A DNA stretch of 64,000 bases from a virus. The DNA is taken from the IMG/VR virus record IMGVR_UViG_3300047496_000172, positions 32,001 to 96,000 of that record, one strand, 5' to 3'. Positions 28,747 through 38,622 of the stretch are shown here, piece after piece. Position numbers and translations under genes: made by a program. How positions within the stretch are numbered: the stretch's first letter is position 1; the number at the start of each line of letters is the position of its first letter. The notes beneath the pieces were generated by a model, which ran no database searches, was not told where the DNA came from, and was given only the letters and a program-made list of their open reading frames with translations.

Positions 28747-29514
28747 ATGATTAAGCGTAGTTTTATCGGTATTCTAGCAGTGGTGGGCATGCTTGCCTCC
28801 GCTTGTAGCCCGCAACCTCAACAGGTTTATCAGCAACCCGTCGCCGTTTCACAAGTCCAGCAAGTTCAGGCTCCACAGCCAAAGCTCTACAATTCGGTTC
28901 AAGACTGTCAGTCTGACCAGACGAACGTCAACCCTCAACTGTGCGCTACGGCTTTTGCTCAATCTCAAGCCCAACTGACACATTATAATTCATATGCTTC
29001 TTGTTCGGCATATGGCTACAACGACTGCGTTGATCATGGTGGCTGGTTTGGTCCTATGATGACGGGCTTCATGCTCGGCGCCATGACCAACGGTTATTAC
29101 GGTTCGCCGGTCTATGTTCTCCATGGTGGCTACTATGGCGGCGGTTATTACGGACATGCTCTGAATTATGGAGCCCCAATTCGTGTCGGCGGCCATTATG
29201 TTCTCTCCCATGATGTTGTGGTTCATCAACACGTCTATGTGTCTCAACATGCGGCGCCAGCGGCTGTCGTAACTCGCGCCGGGTTCGGCGGTTCTCAGGT
29301 TGCCTCGGTTTCTGCGCCCCGTCCCTCTGTCGCGGCTCCTTCGGCGGCGGCGACTGTTCAACGCGGCGGGTTCGGCGGCGGCTTTGGTGGGGCGACGACG
29401 GTTAACAGCGGCTATCATGCTTCTCCTGCCTATGCGTCTTCTTATCGATCTTCGTCTTCGGGTTCATCCTATCACTCCTCGTTTTCTTCTAGCGGAAGCA
29501 GCCGTCGTCGTTAA
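28747..29514 (+). CDS. DUF1190 (YgiB/YjfM-like) lipoprotein
   Basis: Lipobox LASAC; LYNSVQDC...C..AF, Y.SY.SC..YG...C, WFGPMMTGFM, RGGFG, Ser-rich tail. Confidence 0.8.
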   Translation: MIKRSFIGILAVVGMLASACSPQPQQVYQQPVAVSQVQQVQAPQPKLYNSVQDCQSDQTNVNPQLCATAFAQSQAQLTHYNSYASCSAYGYNDCVDHGGWFGPMMTGFMLGAMTNGYYGSPVYVLHGGYYGGGYYGHALNYGAPIRVGGHYVLSHDVVVHQHVYVSQHAAPAAVVTRAGFGGSQVASVSAPRPSVAAPSAAATVQRGGFGGGFGGATTVNSGYHASPAYASSYRSSSSGSSYHSSFSSSGSSRRR

Positions 29515-29520
29515 GAATCT

Positions 29521-29551
29521 AGGCGGGCAAGTCCCGCCTTCTTTCTTTTTT
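29521..29551 (+). terminator. Intra-operon hairpin
   Basis: AGGCGGG/CCCGCCT with a T-rich tail. Confidence 0.55.
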
Positions 29552-29568
29552 ACTGAAGGAAAAAACAA

Positions 29569-30786
29569 ATGAAGCGAATTACACTCACTCCCCGTCCTAC
29601 TTGGCAGAACAATGTTCAAGCTGTTGGATTTAATTGGCATACGCCAAATTTCAATCCATATTGGAATGAAGCCGCTGCCTACCAATTTACCGCCGCCGAA
29701 ATTGAGTCTATTAGACAAGCAACGGTAGATGTTAATGGTATGATGCTCGATACTATCGATGCCATTATTACCAGCCGGTCCCTTCCCATTTTTGGTTATT
29801 CCGATGATCTCATTGCAGTAATTGAAAAGAGTTGGGCAGAAACTGAAGAACCTACCATGTTCGGTCGTTTCGACTTTGCTGTAAATGGAAACGATATCAA
29901 GCTTCTCGACTATAACGGTGATTATCCCAGCACTTTTGTTGAAGCTGGCGCCGTCCAAGCGGCTTGGAAGGATGAAGTTTTTCCAGAATTGTCACAATTC
30001 AATGATATTCATGCAGCGACAGTCGATGTTTTTCGTGATATCGCCAATACTCTTCGCGGTCAGCTTCGAACGGATGGTGCTCCTGATTTCCGAAATGTTT
30101 ATATCGGCGGCATGTCTCCAGATGTAGAAATCGACGGTGTTGCGGCATATCTCCAACGTGTCGCTCAAGAAGGCGGTCTCGCGACTCGATTCATTTCCTT
30201 TTCGGATATTGGCCGCGCCGTAGAAAATTTCTATGATGAAGATGATGATCTTTATGAGGTTGTTACTTTTGTCGATCTCCAAAATCAGCCGATTACCAAT
30301 CTGATTCATCTTGCGCCTCTTAACTGGATGTTGGCTGGTACTTTCGGGCCTGACTTGATCAACCAAGTTGTGCAAGGTCGGATTCGTCTGATCGAACCGG
30401 CATGGAAGATTTTGGCTTCAAATAAGCGTCTCATGGTCGAAATGTGGAATCGAAATGCCTTTCATCCAAATCTTCTGAAGACTTCAACCATTGTCGAACC
30501 GGAATTTCCACTTCTTGGATATGTGTCAAAGCCCGTCACCGGTCAAGGTGGACAGAACGTAACGATCTTTGGCCCCAATAACCAAATCGTAGATCAAACC
30601 CAAGGTGATTTAGCCAGCGAACAAATGATCTATCAAGAGCGCGCCAATTTGTCCGAAACCGATGGCAACTTTGCCGTCGTTAATTCTTGGTGGATCGGTG
30701 GTCAAAGCGTTGGTTTGGGTATTCATGAGGCATCCGTGCCTATTATTGATGCATCCGGAACATTTGTTCCACATGTTATTGTCTAA
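29569..30786 (+). CDS. Glutathionylspermidine synthase-family ATP-grasp protein (YgiC/YjfC-like)
   Basis: PRPTW...GF, YWNE, GRFDF, EPAWK....NK, KP..G..G.NV, FVPH. Confidence 0.85.
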   Translation: MKRITLTPRPTWQNNVQAVGFNWHTPNFNPYWNEAAAYQFTAAEIESIRQATVDVNGMMLDTIDAIITSRSLPIFGYSDDLIAVIEKSWAETEEPTMFGRFDFAVNGNDIKLLDYNGDYPSTFVEAGAVQAAWKDEVFPELSQFNDIHAATVDVFRDIANTLRGQLRTDGAPDFRNVYIGGMSPDVEIDGVAAYLQRVAQEGGLATRFISFSDIGRAVENFYDEDDDLYEVVTFVDLQNQPITNLIHLAPLNWMLAGTFGPDLINQVVQGRIRLIEPAWKILASNKRLMVEMWNRNAFHPNLLKTSTIVEPEFPLLGYVSKPVTGQGGQNVTIFGPNNQIVDQTQGDLASEQMIYQERANLSETDGNFAVVNSWWIGGQSVGLGIHEASVPIIDASGTFVPHVIV

Positions 30787-30919
30787 AGGAGGGAAATATG
30801 TATGTAAATGATTTGGCCAATACAAAGGACCAAGTGATTTAAGTTCCTACCGAAGGCGGTCTGCTGATTTTGGAGGCTGGACATAAACCCAAGTATCCAA
30901 TTTATGGATGTTCGAAATT

Positions 30920-30944
30920 AGGGAGCCTTTTGGCTCCCTTTTTT
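30920..30944 (+). terminator. Intrinsic terminator
   Basis: AGGGAGCC-tttt-GGCTCCCT followed by a T run. Confidence 0.75.
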
Positions 30945-31057
30945 GTATTTTTAGAAATAGACTTTTTGATCTCCATTGCGGTAATATTAAAAATTACCAC
31001 AATAAGCATTATGTTAATTATTAACTAAATACTTTTTGAACATATGGAGACAAATGT

Positions 31058-32995
31058 ATGACTACTAATTTGTTTGATTTCTTTAAAGAAAACTTTGCTA
31101 AGACCAAAGTAGAATATCTCGGGTTAGAAGAGTATCTTACCATTTGTAAGAATGATCATTTAGCTTATGCCACTGCTGCCGAGAGAATGGTACATGCTAT
31201 TGGAAAACCGGTTAGCATAGATACATCTAACGATCCAAGATTATCTCGTATTTTTATGAATCGAACAATAAAAATTTATCCATCTTTCAAAGATTTTTAT
31301 GGGATGGAAGATACGATTGAGCGCGTCGTATCATTTTTCAAACATTCAGCCCAAGGTTTGGAAGAACGTAAACAAATCCTTTATTTGCTTGGTCCAGTAG
31401 GGGGCGGAAAGTCTTCCTTGGCGGAACGTTTGAAGGCTCTTATGGAAGCGTATCCTATATACGTTTTGTGTGCTGGTGAAGAACTAAGTCCAGTGTTTGA
31501 GACTCCTTTGGGTCTTTTTCCTGGTGAACGTTACGCCGAGATCATTAAGGATCAATATGGTATTGATTCTCGTTATCTGAACAATATTTTGAGTCCATGG
31601 GCGGTAAAACGTTTAAAAGAATTTGATGGTGATATCTCTAAATTTCGTGTTGCCAAAATCATTCCTTCTCGGTTGGAACAAATCGCTATTTGTAAAACTG
31701 AACCCGGCGATGAAAATAATCAGGATATATCCTGTTTAGTTGGGAAGACTGATATTCGCAAACTTGAATATTTCAGCCAAAATGATCCGGATGCCTATTC
31801 TTTTTCTGGTGCGCTCTGCCGCGCTAACCAAGGGCTAATGGAATTTGTAGAAATGTTCAAGGCTCCGATCAAAGTTCTTCACCCATTATTGACCGCCACC
31901 CAGGAAGGCAATTACGTAGGAACTGAAGCCATTAGCGCAATTCCTTTTAACGGGATTATCCTGGCACACAGTAATATGAGCGAATGGTTAACTTTCAAAA
32001 ACAATGCCAATAATGAAGCTTTTCTTGATCGTATTTGCGTTATCAAAGTTCCATATTGCTTGCGAAAGACAGAAGAAGAAGAAATTTATACAAAGATGTT
32101 AAATTCTTCTGATCTATCTAAAGCACCGTTGGCTCCGCAAACACTTAGTATGTTGGCAAAGTTTACAGTTTTAAGCAGAATAAAGGATCATACAAATTCC
32201 ACCTTGTGGTCAAAAATGCGTGTATATGATGGAGAAAATCTTAAGGAAATAGACCCAAAAGCAAAATCTATGCAAGAATATAGAGATGAGGCAGGAGTGG
32301 ATGAAGGTATGACTGGTATTTCTACTCGATTTGCTTTTAAGATTTTATCGTCAACCTTTAATTTTGATGGTGAAGAAGTTGCGGCTGATCCAGTACATCT
32401 TATGATGGTTTTGGAAAATGCTATTCGACGCGAACAGTTTGGTATTGACGTTGAAAAGAAATATCTGAGCTTTATCAAAGAAAAACTTGTTCCTGAATAT
32501 GCTGAGTTCATTGGAAATGAAATTCAGATGGCTTATTTGGAAGCCTATGATGAATATGGTCAAGCTACATTTGATCGGTATATTGAATATGCTGATTGTT
32601 GGATGTCTGAAATTGACTATAAAGATGCTGATACTGGAGCATTATACGATAGAGATATTTTGAATAATGAATTAGAAAAGATTGAAAAAGCTGGTGGTCT
32701 TTCTAATAATCCAAAAGATTTTCGCTCTGAGGTTGTAAATTTTGTCTTAAGACAACGTGCCAAACAAACTCAAGTTAAATGGACAAGTTATGAAAAATTG
32801 AAGAAAGTTATCGAAAAGAAAATTTTCGCTTCTTCTGAAGAACTTCTCCCTATTATATCGTTTGGCGCCAAACAAGACAAAGAATCAGAAAAGAAACATA
32901 ACGATTTCGTAGAAAGAATGAAAAATCGTGGTCTTACGGAACGTCAAATTCGCCGTGCGGTAGAATGGTTTTTACGTATTAGAAAGAGTAATTAA
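31058..32995 (+). CDS. prkA: PrkA/YeaG AAA+ ATPase-Ser kinase
   Basis: LEERKQILYLLGPVGGGKSSLAE, EPGDENNQDI, ANQGLMEFVEMFKAPIKVLHPLLTATQE. Confidence 0.95.
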   Translation: MTTNLFDFFKENFAKTKVEYLGLEEYLTICKNDHLAYATAAERMVHAIGKPVSIDTSNDPRLSRIFMNRTIKIYPSFKDFYGMEDTIERVVSFFKHSAQGLEERKQILYLLGPVGGGKSSLAERLKALMEAYPIYVLCAGEELSPVFETPLGLFPGERYAEIIKDQYGIDSRYLNNILSPWAVKRLKEFDGDISKFRVAKIIPSRLEQIAICKTEPGDENNQDISCLVGKTDIRKLEYFSQNDPDAYSFSGALCRANQGLMEFVEMFKAPIKVLHPLLTATQEGNYVGTEAISAIPFNGIILAHSNMSEWLTFKNNANNEAFLDRICVIKVPYCLRKTEEEEIYTKMLNSSDLSKAPLAPQTLSMLAKFTVLSRIKDHTNSTLWSKMRVYDGENLKEIDPKAKSMQEYRDEAGVDEGMTGISTRFAFKILSSTFNFDGEEVAADPVHLMMVLENAIRREQFGIDVEKKYLSFIKEKLVPEYAEFIGNEIQMAYLEAYDEYGQATFDRYIEYADCWMSEIDYKDADTGALYDRDILNNELEKIEKAGGLSNNPKDFRSEVVNFVLRQRAKQTQVKWTSYEKLKKVIEKKIFASSEELLPIISFGAKQDKESEKKHNDFVERMKNRGLTERQIRRAVEWFLRIRKSN

Positions 32996-33007
32996 TTGGA
33001 GTTAAGT

Positions 33008-33214
33008 ATGAATACGGTTGAATATATTCGTTTACTGACAAAATTAACTGAACAGTTGCGATTAACTTCTTCTGTTATGAAAGAATTAAACGAACTCATG
33101 ACTGATGGTAGTATAATTCCTTATTCCCCGCTTCATTTGTTACTCGAAGAATTGACTAATAATATAATAGACACCAAGAAACTTATACAAGAGAGTAAAA
33201 AATATCGTGCGTAA
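33008..33214 (+). CDS. Small hypothetical protein inserted between prkA and yeaH
   Basis: GGAG SD; overlaps the yeaH start. Confidence 0.5.
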   Translation: MNTVEYIRLLTKLTEQLRLTSSVMKELNELMTDGSIIPYSPLHLLLEELTNNIIDTKKLIQESKKYRA

Positions 33215-34496
33215 TTTTACGATCATAGATAGGCGCGAAAATCCTAAAGGAAAGTCTTTATCAAATCGTCAACGATTTTTGGAAAGAGCGAAACATAGTA
33301 TCAAAAAGGCGGCTCATAAAGCATTTGATACAAAATCGATTGGAAACCAAGAAGACACCGTAATTAATATAGAAAACGACGGTACGGATGAGCCAAGATT
33401 TAGAACTGATCCTTCTACTGGAGACTATGATTATGTTTTGCCAGGAAATGAAGAATTTATAGTTGGCGATATTATTAGAAAACCTAAGAAAAAAGCTGGC
33501 GGTGGCTCCGGTGGTGATGGATCAGGAAATGGAAAAGGAGAAGATGACTTTGATTTTGTTCTCTCATATGAAGAATTTTTAGATGTTATTTTTGATGATC
33601 TTGAACTTCCAGATTTGATTAAAAAATCTGAAAAAAATGCTGTTTCGTTTTCTAATAGACGAGCAGGACATACCACTACAGGGATGCCATCCAATCTTAA
33701 TGTCGAAAAAACCGCTATGGCAGGTATGGCTCGCAGAATTGCTTTAAAATCTCCAAAGTTTAAAAAAATTCACGAATTAGAAGAAGAGTTGAAAAATTGC
33801 CAAGATGAAAATCGTATGGCTGCTATAAAAGAAGAAATAGCATCATTAAGAAAAAGAGCTAATGCGATAGGATATCTCGATGATGTCGATCTAAGATATA
33901 ACAATTTCGTAAAAACGCCTAAACCAATCACTCAAGCCGTAATGATTTTGCTAATGGATGTTTCGGGGTCAATGGGTGTTCATGAAAAAACAATCGCAAA
34001 GAAATTTTTTGTTTTACTTCATCTATTCTTGAAAAGACGATATGAAAATATTGATGTGGTATTTGTTAGACACCACGATGAGGCAATGGAATGTGATGAG
34101 GTAGAATTCTTTAATTCTCGTGAAACAGGAGGCACAATAGTCTCCAAAGGCTATCAAAAAATAAAAGAAATCATTGCGGAAAGATATCATAGTGATGATT
34201 GGAACATTTATATAGCTCAAGCCTCTGATGGTGATAATTCGAGTGATGATAACCAAAATGTTGTAAAATATCTTGTCAAAGATTTATTGCCTATTGCTCA
34301 ATATTTTACATACTTAGAAATAGATGATGGCCTCTCGTCTCCTTCTATATGGGGATTTGCTATACCAAAAACTTTGTGGCACGTAATTTCTCCTTTGACT
34401 AAAGAAAATGATAATCTAACTTGTGCTACTATAAATGATGAAAATAAAGTTATTTCTGTATTCAGAAATCTGTTTAATAAGGCATTAAAAAAATGA
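33207..34496 (+). CDS. yeaH: YeaH/YhbH (DUF444) vWA-like protein
   Basis: IIDRR.NPKGKSLSNRQRF, MDVSGSM, ETGGT, AQASDGDN. Confidence 0.93.
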   Translation: MRNFTIIDRRENPKGKSLSNRQRFLERAKHSIKKAAHKAFDTKSIGNQEDTVINIENDGTDEPRFRTDPSTGDYDYVLPGNEEFIVGDIIRKPKKKAGGGSGGDGSGNGKGEDDFDFVLSYEEFLDVIFDDLELPDLIKKSEKNAVSFSNRRAGHTTTGMPSNLNVEKTAMAGMARRIALKSPKFKKIHELEEELKNCQDENRMAAIKEEIASLRKRANAIGYLDDVDLRYNNFVKTPKPITQAVMILLMDVSGSMGVHEKTIAKKFFVLLHLFLKRRYENIDVVFVRHHDEAMECDEVEFFNSRETGGTIVSKGYQKIKEIIAERYHSDDWNIYIAQASDGDNSSDDNQNVVKYLVKDLLPIAQYFTYLEIDDGLSSPSIWGFAIPKTLWHVISPLTKENDNLTCATINDENKVISVFRNLFNKALKK

Positions 34497-36913
34497 CAGA
34501 ACCATTATGGACTGATAGTGATTGGACTTTTCCTTTATTGTCAAAAACTTATGAGGAAATAGAAAAAATTGGCGTCGGAGAATTAGGGTTAAATTTGTAT
34601 CCTAATCAATTTGAAATAATTAATTCTGAACAAATGTTGGAACTTTATACTAATATAGCTATGCCGACATACTATAGTCATTGGTCATTTGGTAAAAGAC
34701 ATGCTCAAGATGAACAAAACTATAAATCCGGAGCTTCAGGATTGGCCTACGAAATCGTAAATAATCTTTCTCCAACGATCAATTATCTTATGGAAGATAA
34801 TTCCATGACAACACAAGCCTTGGTTATGGCTCATGCTGCGTGTGTTTCTGGTGATACAGAATATTTGTCTACCACTGGATGGAAAAAAATCGCGGATTAT
34901 AAAATAGGCGATTTAGTAGCTCAATACAATGAAGATGGTACGGCGAATTTTATTAATCCTACACACTTTATTAAAAAACCTGTTTCTGATCCATTTATTC
35001 ATGTTGAAGGAATAGGCGTAGATCAACTTATAACACCGGATCATACAGTAGTTTTTGAAAATCATCTCGGAAGTCTTATTAAAATAACAGGAGAAGAGTT
35101 AAATAGACGTAATACTTTAAAAACCCGAGGATTTAACGGAAAATTTATTACGGGGTTTCAATTAAAAACTCATACCTCGTTGCCTCTTACTAATGATGAA
35201 ATTATGTTGCATATAGCCATCAAAGCTGATGGCAGCTATCCCAAAAAGATCATCTCCGATCATTTCAATTGTGTTTCTCATCATAGAGTTAGATTTCATC
35301 TTAAGAAGCAAAGAAAAATCGAGAGATTAGAGGAAATACTTACACGGCTAAATATTTCGTTCGATAAAAATCCTTCATACGATGGTAGGGTTTTTATATC
35401 TTTTAATATTAAAGAGAAAATAGAAAAGCGTTTTGATGTAGAATGGTATTCTGCTTCCAGTGATCAGTTAAAATTGATTGGTAACGAAGTATTGTTGTGG
35501 GATGGGTCAGTTTCATCTAATAAATTTTCATCAAAATTTTTAGAAGACATCAATTATATCCAATATGTTTGGGCATCTACTGGTAAGCATACTCATGTAT
35601 CCCAAGGCGTCCGCTGTTTTGAAGTGAATTTTTCAATAAAACCAAGAAAATCTATTAGTAAACATGGAGAAGATAATGCTAAAAAATCTCCCAAAATATT
35701 TGATATGATTCCATCAGATGACGGATATGCTTATTGTTTTACTGTGCCATCAGGAATGTTTATTTCTAGACGAAATAATAAAATAACGGTAACTGGTAAT
35801 TGCGGCCACAATTTTTTCTTCAAAAATAACTATTTGTTCAAAACTTGGACAGATGCCGAGGCGATATTAGATTATTTGGTATTTGCTAAAGATTATATTA
35901 CTAAGGTTGAAGAAATCGAAGGACGAGAAACCGTTGAAACTTTCCTAGATAGTTGTCATGCTTTAATGGATTACGGAGTAAACCGATACAAGAGACCTTC
36001 AAAACTATCAATGGAAAATGAAAAGAAAAAACAAAGAGATCGTGAAGAATATTTACAATCTCAAGTTGATGAAATGTATAGAATCTTACCGACATCAAAA
36101 ACTATTTCTAAAAAATTAGAACAATTTCCAAAACAACCCGAAGAAAATATACTGTATTTTTGTGAAAAATATGCCCCAAGTCTAAAAACTTGGGAAAGAG
36201 AACTTATTAGAATTGTGCGTAAAATATCACAATACTTTTATCCTCAAGCACAAACGAAAATTGCTAATGAAGGTTGTGCTACATATACTCATTATACAAT
36301 TATGAATAGATTACACCAAAAAGGTCTAACTTCACATGGAGCCCATATGGAATTTCTGGCTCTACACTCAAATGTGTTAACCCAGCCAACCTGGGACAAA
36401 CCTTACTACAATGGTATGAATCCATACAAACTGGGTTTTGAAATATTCAAAGATATTGATCGAATTTGTACGCACCCAACTGATGAAGATAAAAAATGGT
36501 TCCCAGACCTTATCGGTGAAAATTCTTGGGATATCATCAAAGACGCAGTAGTCAATTATCGAGATGAAAGTTTTATTCGTCAATTTCTTTCACCTAAATT
36601 GATTAGAGACCTTAGATTATTTCAGGTTAAAGATGTAAGAGAGCACGATGCTTATATTGTAGAAGCTATACATGATGAACGCGGCTATGATCAAATTAGA
36701 ACATTACTAGCTGATCAAAATGAGCGAGAAATTTATGTTCCTCGCATAGAAGTGGTGAAAGCTGATCCTGAAGATAGATCATTGACCTTGTTATATACTC
36801 CATTAAGAAATAGAAAACTTGCCGATCCAACTCGAATGCTTCAACATGTCAAAAGATTATGGGGATATAAAGTTCGTTTGATGGATAAAAATGGTACTAT
36901 CAAAACTATTTAA
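34493..36913 (+). CDS. spoVR: SpoVR/YcgB family protein, intein-containing
   Basis: HWSFGK, GLAYE, QALVMAHA|intein|CGHNFFFKNN, YFYPQAQTK..NEG.A, NPY.LGF. Confidence 0.92.
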   Translation: MTEPLWTDSDWTFPLLSKTYEEIEKIGVGELGLNLYPNQFEIINSEQMLELYTNIAMPTYYSHWSFGKRHAQDEQNYKSGASGLAYEIVNNLSPTINYLMEDNSMTTQALVMAHAACVSGDTEYLSTTGWKKIADYKIGDLVAQYNEDGTANFINPTHFIKKPVSDPFIHVEGIGVDQLITPDHTVVFENHLGSLIKITGEELNRRNTLKTRGFNGKFITGFQLKTHTSLPLTNDEIMLHIAIKADGSYPKKIISDHFNCVSHHRVRFHLKKQRKIERLEEILTRLNISFDKNPSYDGRVFISFNIKEKIEKRFDVEWYSASSDQLKLIGNEVLLWDGSVSSNKFSSKFLEDINYIQYVWASTGKHTHVSQGVRCFEVNFSIKPRKSISKHGEDNAKKSPKIFDMIPSDDGYAYCFTVPSGMFISRRNNKITVTGNCGHNFFFKNNYLFKTWTDAEAILDYLVFAKDYITKVEEIEGRETVETFLDSCHALMDYGVNRYKRPSKLSMENEKKKQRDREEYLQSQVDEMYRILPTSKTISKKLEQFPKQPEENILYFCEKYAPSLKTWERELIRIVRKISQYFYPQAQTKIANEGCATYTHYTIMNRLHQKGLTSHGAHMEFLALHSNVLTQPTWDKPYYNGMNPYKLGFEIFKDIDRICTHPTDEDKKWFPDLIGENSWDIIKDAVVNYRDESFIRQFLSPKLIRDLRLFQVKDVREHDAYIVEAIHDERGYDQIRTLLADQNEREIYVPRIEVVKADPEDRSLTLLYTPLRNRKLADPTRMLQHVKRLWGYKVRLMDKNGTIKTI
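34841..35800 (+). mobile_element. Intein (320 aa) with LAGLIDADG-like endonuclease
   Basis: Starts CVSGDTE; block B ITPDH; AIKADGS and LLWDGS motifs; block F YCFTVPSG; ends TGN followed by Cys. Confidence 0.9.
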
Positions 36914-36962
36914 GCATAGTTTGCAGGCGAATATCCATGGTCTATTATTTATAAATAGTCGG

Positions 36963-37478
36963 ATGCGCGACTGGATCAACATTATAAACGAAGCTATGTT
37001 AAATGAAGGGCGCGATGCTCCTTTGTATCATGGCACACATTTTGGCGCCGCGTTACAAATAATATCTGAAAATAGAATTGATGCCACTGTTATTCATGAT
37101 ATTCCATTAGCAGTTCCATTGGCCACAAAAGGTGTTTATAAGAACATTTATAGTGAAAATGGTGTAAGTCTATCTAGATTATCAATATTATTGGCTGGTC
37201 CGGTATTATTTGTCATAGATCAACAGAAATTATCACAGACTAAAAAATTATATCCTATTGATTATTGGGTTTCAAGTGGCGGCTCAAGACGTCCAAAAAG
37301 TAATAACAAATATGAAGCCGAAGAATTTTTAGTTGGCCCACTTTATCCATTAGATAAGTATTTGCTTGCTATAGAAACAACTAAAGAAGCAATTGAAAAC
37401 TTTAAACGTAATTACAAAAATACAGATTTAACTCCTTTATTAGAGCATCCAAAATTTAAAATAGTTAATTCTTACTAA
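36963..37478 (+). CDS. Putative capsid-internal ART-fold protein
   Basis: Start reassigned to ATG 36963 (ATAAATA 5 nt upstream); LYHGT, GVSLSR, EAEE. Confidence 0.6.
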   Translation: MRDWINIINEAMLNEGRDAPLYHGTHFGAALQIISENRIDATVIHDIPLAVPLATKGVYKNIYSENGVSLSRLSILLAGPVLFVIDQQKLSQTKKLYPIDYWVSSGGSRRPKSNNKYEAEEFLVGPLYPLDKYLLAIETTKEAIENFKRNYKNTDLTPLLEHPKFKIVNSY

Positions 37479-37545
37479 GGAATAGTTTTACAAAAATTAG
37501 CTTGCCATTCTATTTTTTGGTGCTACAGTTCGATTCGTTATCAAT

Positions 37546-37887
37546 TTGGAGTATAAGAAAATGGTTATAAATCCTGTAGACCTTGCTTTTTCCGATGTTA
37601 TGAGCGTAATTAATATCATGCGAGTTTCTGCTACCGGCAGAGCCGATATGATTAATCACAATAGAGTGTTAAGCAATATTGCTGAAGCTCGTTTGAAGTT
37701 AGATGCGCTGGAAACGGCCACTCTAGCAGATCAAAAGCAAAAAATCAAAGAAACTGCGGACAAACAATCGGCTAGGGTTGCTGAAGAAAAAAGACTTTCA
37801 CTTTATCTTTTAGCGCACCCAGAAGAAGCTGACCGCGCCGCCCGACTTTCTAAAGTAAACCTCAACCGTGTTGAAATTACTTTCTAA
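37546..37887 (+). CDS. Hypothetical protein
   Basis: ORF after a TTGCCA promoter-like site. Confidence 0.55.
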   Translation: MEYKKMVINPVDLAFSDVMSVINIMRVSATGRADMINHNRVLSNIAEARLKLDALETATLADQKQKIKETADKQSARVAEEKRLSLYLLAHPEEADRAARLSKVNLNRVEITF

Positions 37888-37912
37888 AGTAAACCTCAAC
37901 GGTGTTGAAATT
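37845..37912. repeat. 34-bp tandem duplication
   Basis: ACTTTCTAAAGTAAACCTCAAC(C/G)GTGTTGAAATT x2. Confidence 0.9.
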
Positions 37913-37938
37913 ATCACCAAATAAGGGGAGATCGGTAA

Positions 37939-38622
37939 ATGCCTGTATTTAAAAGTGAGATTGAAAAATCTCTTGGATGCGCGATAAATAGCCCTATTTT
38001 TCCGGTCGCCGCCCAAATTAAGGCTCTCTATCTTGCGGGAACATCTATTCCAGATTTAATTGTCAAGTTTAAAGAGCATGGTCTTTCAAAAACCATTATT
38101 ACTAATTATATTACACGTAATAATTTCTTTCAACCTGAACAAGAAATTGAACCACCTAGTTGTGTGATGTCATCGTCTACACACGTAGTGTGGACGCGGG
38201 AGGGGGACGCGCCCGGTTGTGACGCTATTTCTGGACCCGGCGCGTCAATCGATATCGGTCTCGGCGCCCATGAAGAGACGGTCGGCGGTCATATTAATTT
38301 TCAAGGTTCTGATCATTCGGTAGCAGAAAAAATACTAGCTAAACATCGGGAAACATTGGCGGAAGCGGCTGCGCTGACCCTCAAGGTATTCGACAAAATA
38401 GTTTTGGCCGACGCCTCTGCCTCAAAAACGCTCTCTGAAAAAGAGGACTTGATTTACGCTGGTGCAAAGACTATACTTGAACAATCAGGTGGGTGTTGGT
38501 TCCATGTTGGACCCGAGCCCGATAGTATGGCTGACCAACTTTTTTGTGCTCTTCCAGTGGAAGAAGGACAAAAATTCTGTGAAATTCACAGGGAGGTAGC
38601 TGTTAGAAAAAGGCAAGGTTAG
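37939..38622 (+). CDS. GcrA-like protein (divergent)
   Basis: LYLAGTS...LSK..I..YITRN HTH; C-terminal CWFHVG...FC...FCEIH. Confidence 0.65.
   Translation: MPVFKSEIEKSLGCAINSPIFPVAAQIKALYLAGTSIPDLIVKFKEHGLSKTIITNYITRNNFFQPEQEIEPPSCVMSSSTHVVWTREGDAPGCDAISGPGASIDIGLGAHEETVGGHINFQGSDHSVAEKILAKHRETLAEAAALTLKVFDKIVLADASASKTLSEKEDLIYAGAKTILEQSGGCWFHVGPEPDSMADQLFCALPVEEGQKFCEIHREVAVRKRQG

Noticed and set aside
30798-30920. Small ORF after the GspS-like gene with an SD and an in-frame TAA
   Set aside because: Too short to distinguish a remnant from noise.
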